IMG/VR virus record: IMGVR_UViG_3300014773_000009 | Coordinates: 1-64,000 of that record | Reading direction: 5' to 3' (one strand) | Source of the DNA: a virus | Taxonomy: Duplodnaviria; Caudoviricetes | DNA length: 64,000 bases | In this document: positions 62,597 through 64,000 of the stretch, in pieces | Layout: each line of letters begins with the position of its first letter | How positions within the stretch are numbered: position 1 is the first letter of the stretch | The notes under the pieces: model-generated | Database searches by the model: none | The model's input: the letters and a program-made list of their open reading frames with translations, nothing else | Told to the model about the DNA's origin: nothing | Program-made: the position numbers and the translations under genes

Positions 62597-63777
62597 GCCC
62601 CACCTCCAGCAATCTCGGCCTGCAGCTGCTCGACCTTCTCCCGCAGCCGCGCCCGCCGTTCCTGCGTCAGCTCCACGCCGTCGGCCGCCCACTTGGTCTC
62701 GAGCTGCTCGAAGACCGTGGCCTTCCTCGCGATCTCCGGAGCGCGCGCCTTGCTGGTCGCGATGACCTGCTCCTCCACCTTCACCTCGACCGCGCCGTAC
62801 TCGCGCAGACGTTGCTGCATCTGCGACGCGCCCGCTCGAGCCGCATCGCGGCGGTCTGCCTGCACGCGGTAGCGGAAGCGCACCTCCGCGCCGCGCACGT
62901 CCCAGTCGATGGCGGCGCAGTTGGTCCAACCAGAGACGTCGTCCTGGACCTTCCACTCGTCCTCCCAGAGCAGCATCGGGCGGCACGGCGTCTCGACGTG
63001 CTCGACGTCGACGCAGCGCCAGCGGCAGGCCACGAGGTCGAAGCTGGCCACCACGAAGCCCTTGCCAGGCGTAGGCTCGCCCCAGTTGCAGTGCCGCGGC
63101 GCCCCCGGGTAGACGACCGGCGCGCCATCGATATCCATGAGCTGGTGCGCGTGGATGTGTCCGAGGGCGTAGTAGTCGGCGCCGGCCAGCGCGAGCTCCG
63201 CAAGGTTCACGCTCATGTCGCCGTTGAGCATCGGCTGGTCGTGGTCGGTCACCGCGCCGTTCAGATCGACGTGGCCAACGAGGATGCGGGGGCCACCTGC
63301 ATGAGCAGCGCCAGAGCTGAAGCCTCGCAGCACGTTGGCCAGCGCCTCGCGCGCCAAGGTGTTCGCCTGCTCGCGCGGCACATCGGCGCCGAGCGCCGAG
63401 AGCAGCGCAGACCGGCGCGGCCACGGAAGGCAGTGCACCTCGCAGCCAGCCACCGTGATGGTCCCTGGCCTGGCAAAGGCGAAGGCAGGCTGGTCGGTCC
63501 TCAGCCTATTGAGCGCCAGCACGTCGAGCTCGGCGTCGTGGTTGCCGCGCACCACCACCAGCGGCGCCCACTCGGTCACCTCTTGAGCCCAGTCGGCCAC
63601 CGCCTCACGCTCGCGCGCGGTCGTGGTGGCCCTCTCGAAGATGTCCCCGGAGTGAACGACAAGGTCGAGCTCGCTGTCCCGGATCTGTTGCGCGATGAAG
63701 CGCATGACCCGCTCGTGCTCGTCGAAGCGCGAGTGCTCGTCCGCGTGGGTGTCAGCGACGTGGGCGACGCGGATCAT
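62593..63777 (-). CDS. SbcD/Mre11-like metallophosphoesterase nuclease
   Basis: AD.H, SGDIF, GNHD, GH, ALGHIH, YPG.P....WGE..KGF. Confidence 0.92.
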   Translation of the reverse strand: MIRVAHVADTHADEHSRFDEHERVMRFIAQQIRDSELDLVVHSGDIFERATTTAREREAVADWAQEVTEWAPLVVVRGNHDAELDVLALNRLRTDQPAFAFARPGTITVAGCEVHCLPWPRRSALLSALGADVPREQANTLAREALANVLRGFSSGAAHAGGPRILVGHVDLNGAVTDHDQPMLNGDMSVNLAELALAGADYYALGHIHAHQLMDIDGAPVVYPGAPRHCNWGEPTPGKGFVVASFDLVACRWRCVDVEHVETPCRPMLLWEDEWKVQDDVSGWTNCAAIDWDVRGAEVRFRYRVQADRRDAARAGASQMQQRLREYGAVEVKVEEQVIATSKARAPEIARKATVFEQLETKWAADGVELTQERRARLREKVEQLQAEIAGGGA

Positions 63778-64000
63778 CGGGACGCCCTCGCTGCCAATAG
63801 GTTGGCCAGCAGGCTCTTCGCCTTCGCGTCCCCGTCGGCGAGCTCGCTCAGCCGCCGCTGCTCGAGCGCCGCGAGGTCGGCGTAGGCCTTCCTGGTAGCG
63901 TCGTTCTTGAGCTGCTCACGGAGCAGCTGGTCGCGCGCAGTGTCGAGCATCGCGGACGCGTAGACCTTGTCGGCGAGCGCGCGCGCGGATGCGGCCACGT
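63774..64000 (-). CDS. Hypothetical protein, 5'-truncated by the window edge
   Basis: Open to the edge; ATGA coupling with sbcD. Confidence 0.5.
   Translation of the reverse strand, partial: VAASARALADKVYASAMLDTARDQLLREQLKNDATRKAYADLAALEQRRLSELADGDAKAKSLLANLLAARASR

Noticed and set aside
1-64000. CRISPR array, DGR/retron reverse transcriptase, introns or inteins
   Set aside because: No spaced repeats, RT motifs or splicing motifs were seen by eye.

Overview
This window is a large part of a high-GC temperate myovirus-type (contractile-tail) phage genome, with no host genes, CRISPR arrays or rRNA visible. The + strand arm (1-43231) is the late region, in an unusual order: fibre/accessory virion proteins, then sheath-tube-chaperone-tape measure-baseplate, terminase, an InPase-XkdF protease fusion, scaffold, capsid and neck, a second baseplate/fibre block, a 9-gene lysis-like cassette, and only then portal and a MuF-zincin protein. 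The - strand arm (43161-64000) is early/accessory: HTH regulators, a SAM-lyase-like PII-fold candidate, DUF932, an ibrA-GNAT-ibrB operon, two tyrosine recombinases, Mom, DUF1643, DUF5131, DUF488, a C5 methyltransferase and SbcCD. Main non-coding observations: (1) a recurring motif, GCGCCGACG-N21-23-(T/G/C)AnnnT-N6-9-start codon, in most late intergenic gaps, suggesting leaderless late promoters; (2) a shared palindromic operator in three early sigma70-type promoters; (3) the 3' half of tRNA-Asn inside the integrase ORF, i.e. a probable attP whose use would rewrite the Int C-terminus and detach the coupled mom gene. A Myxococcota host is plausible but is inference only. All family assignments come from motifs recognised by eye, not from database searches.
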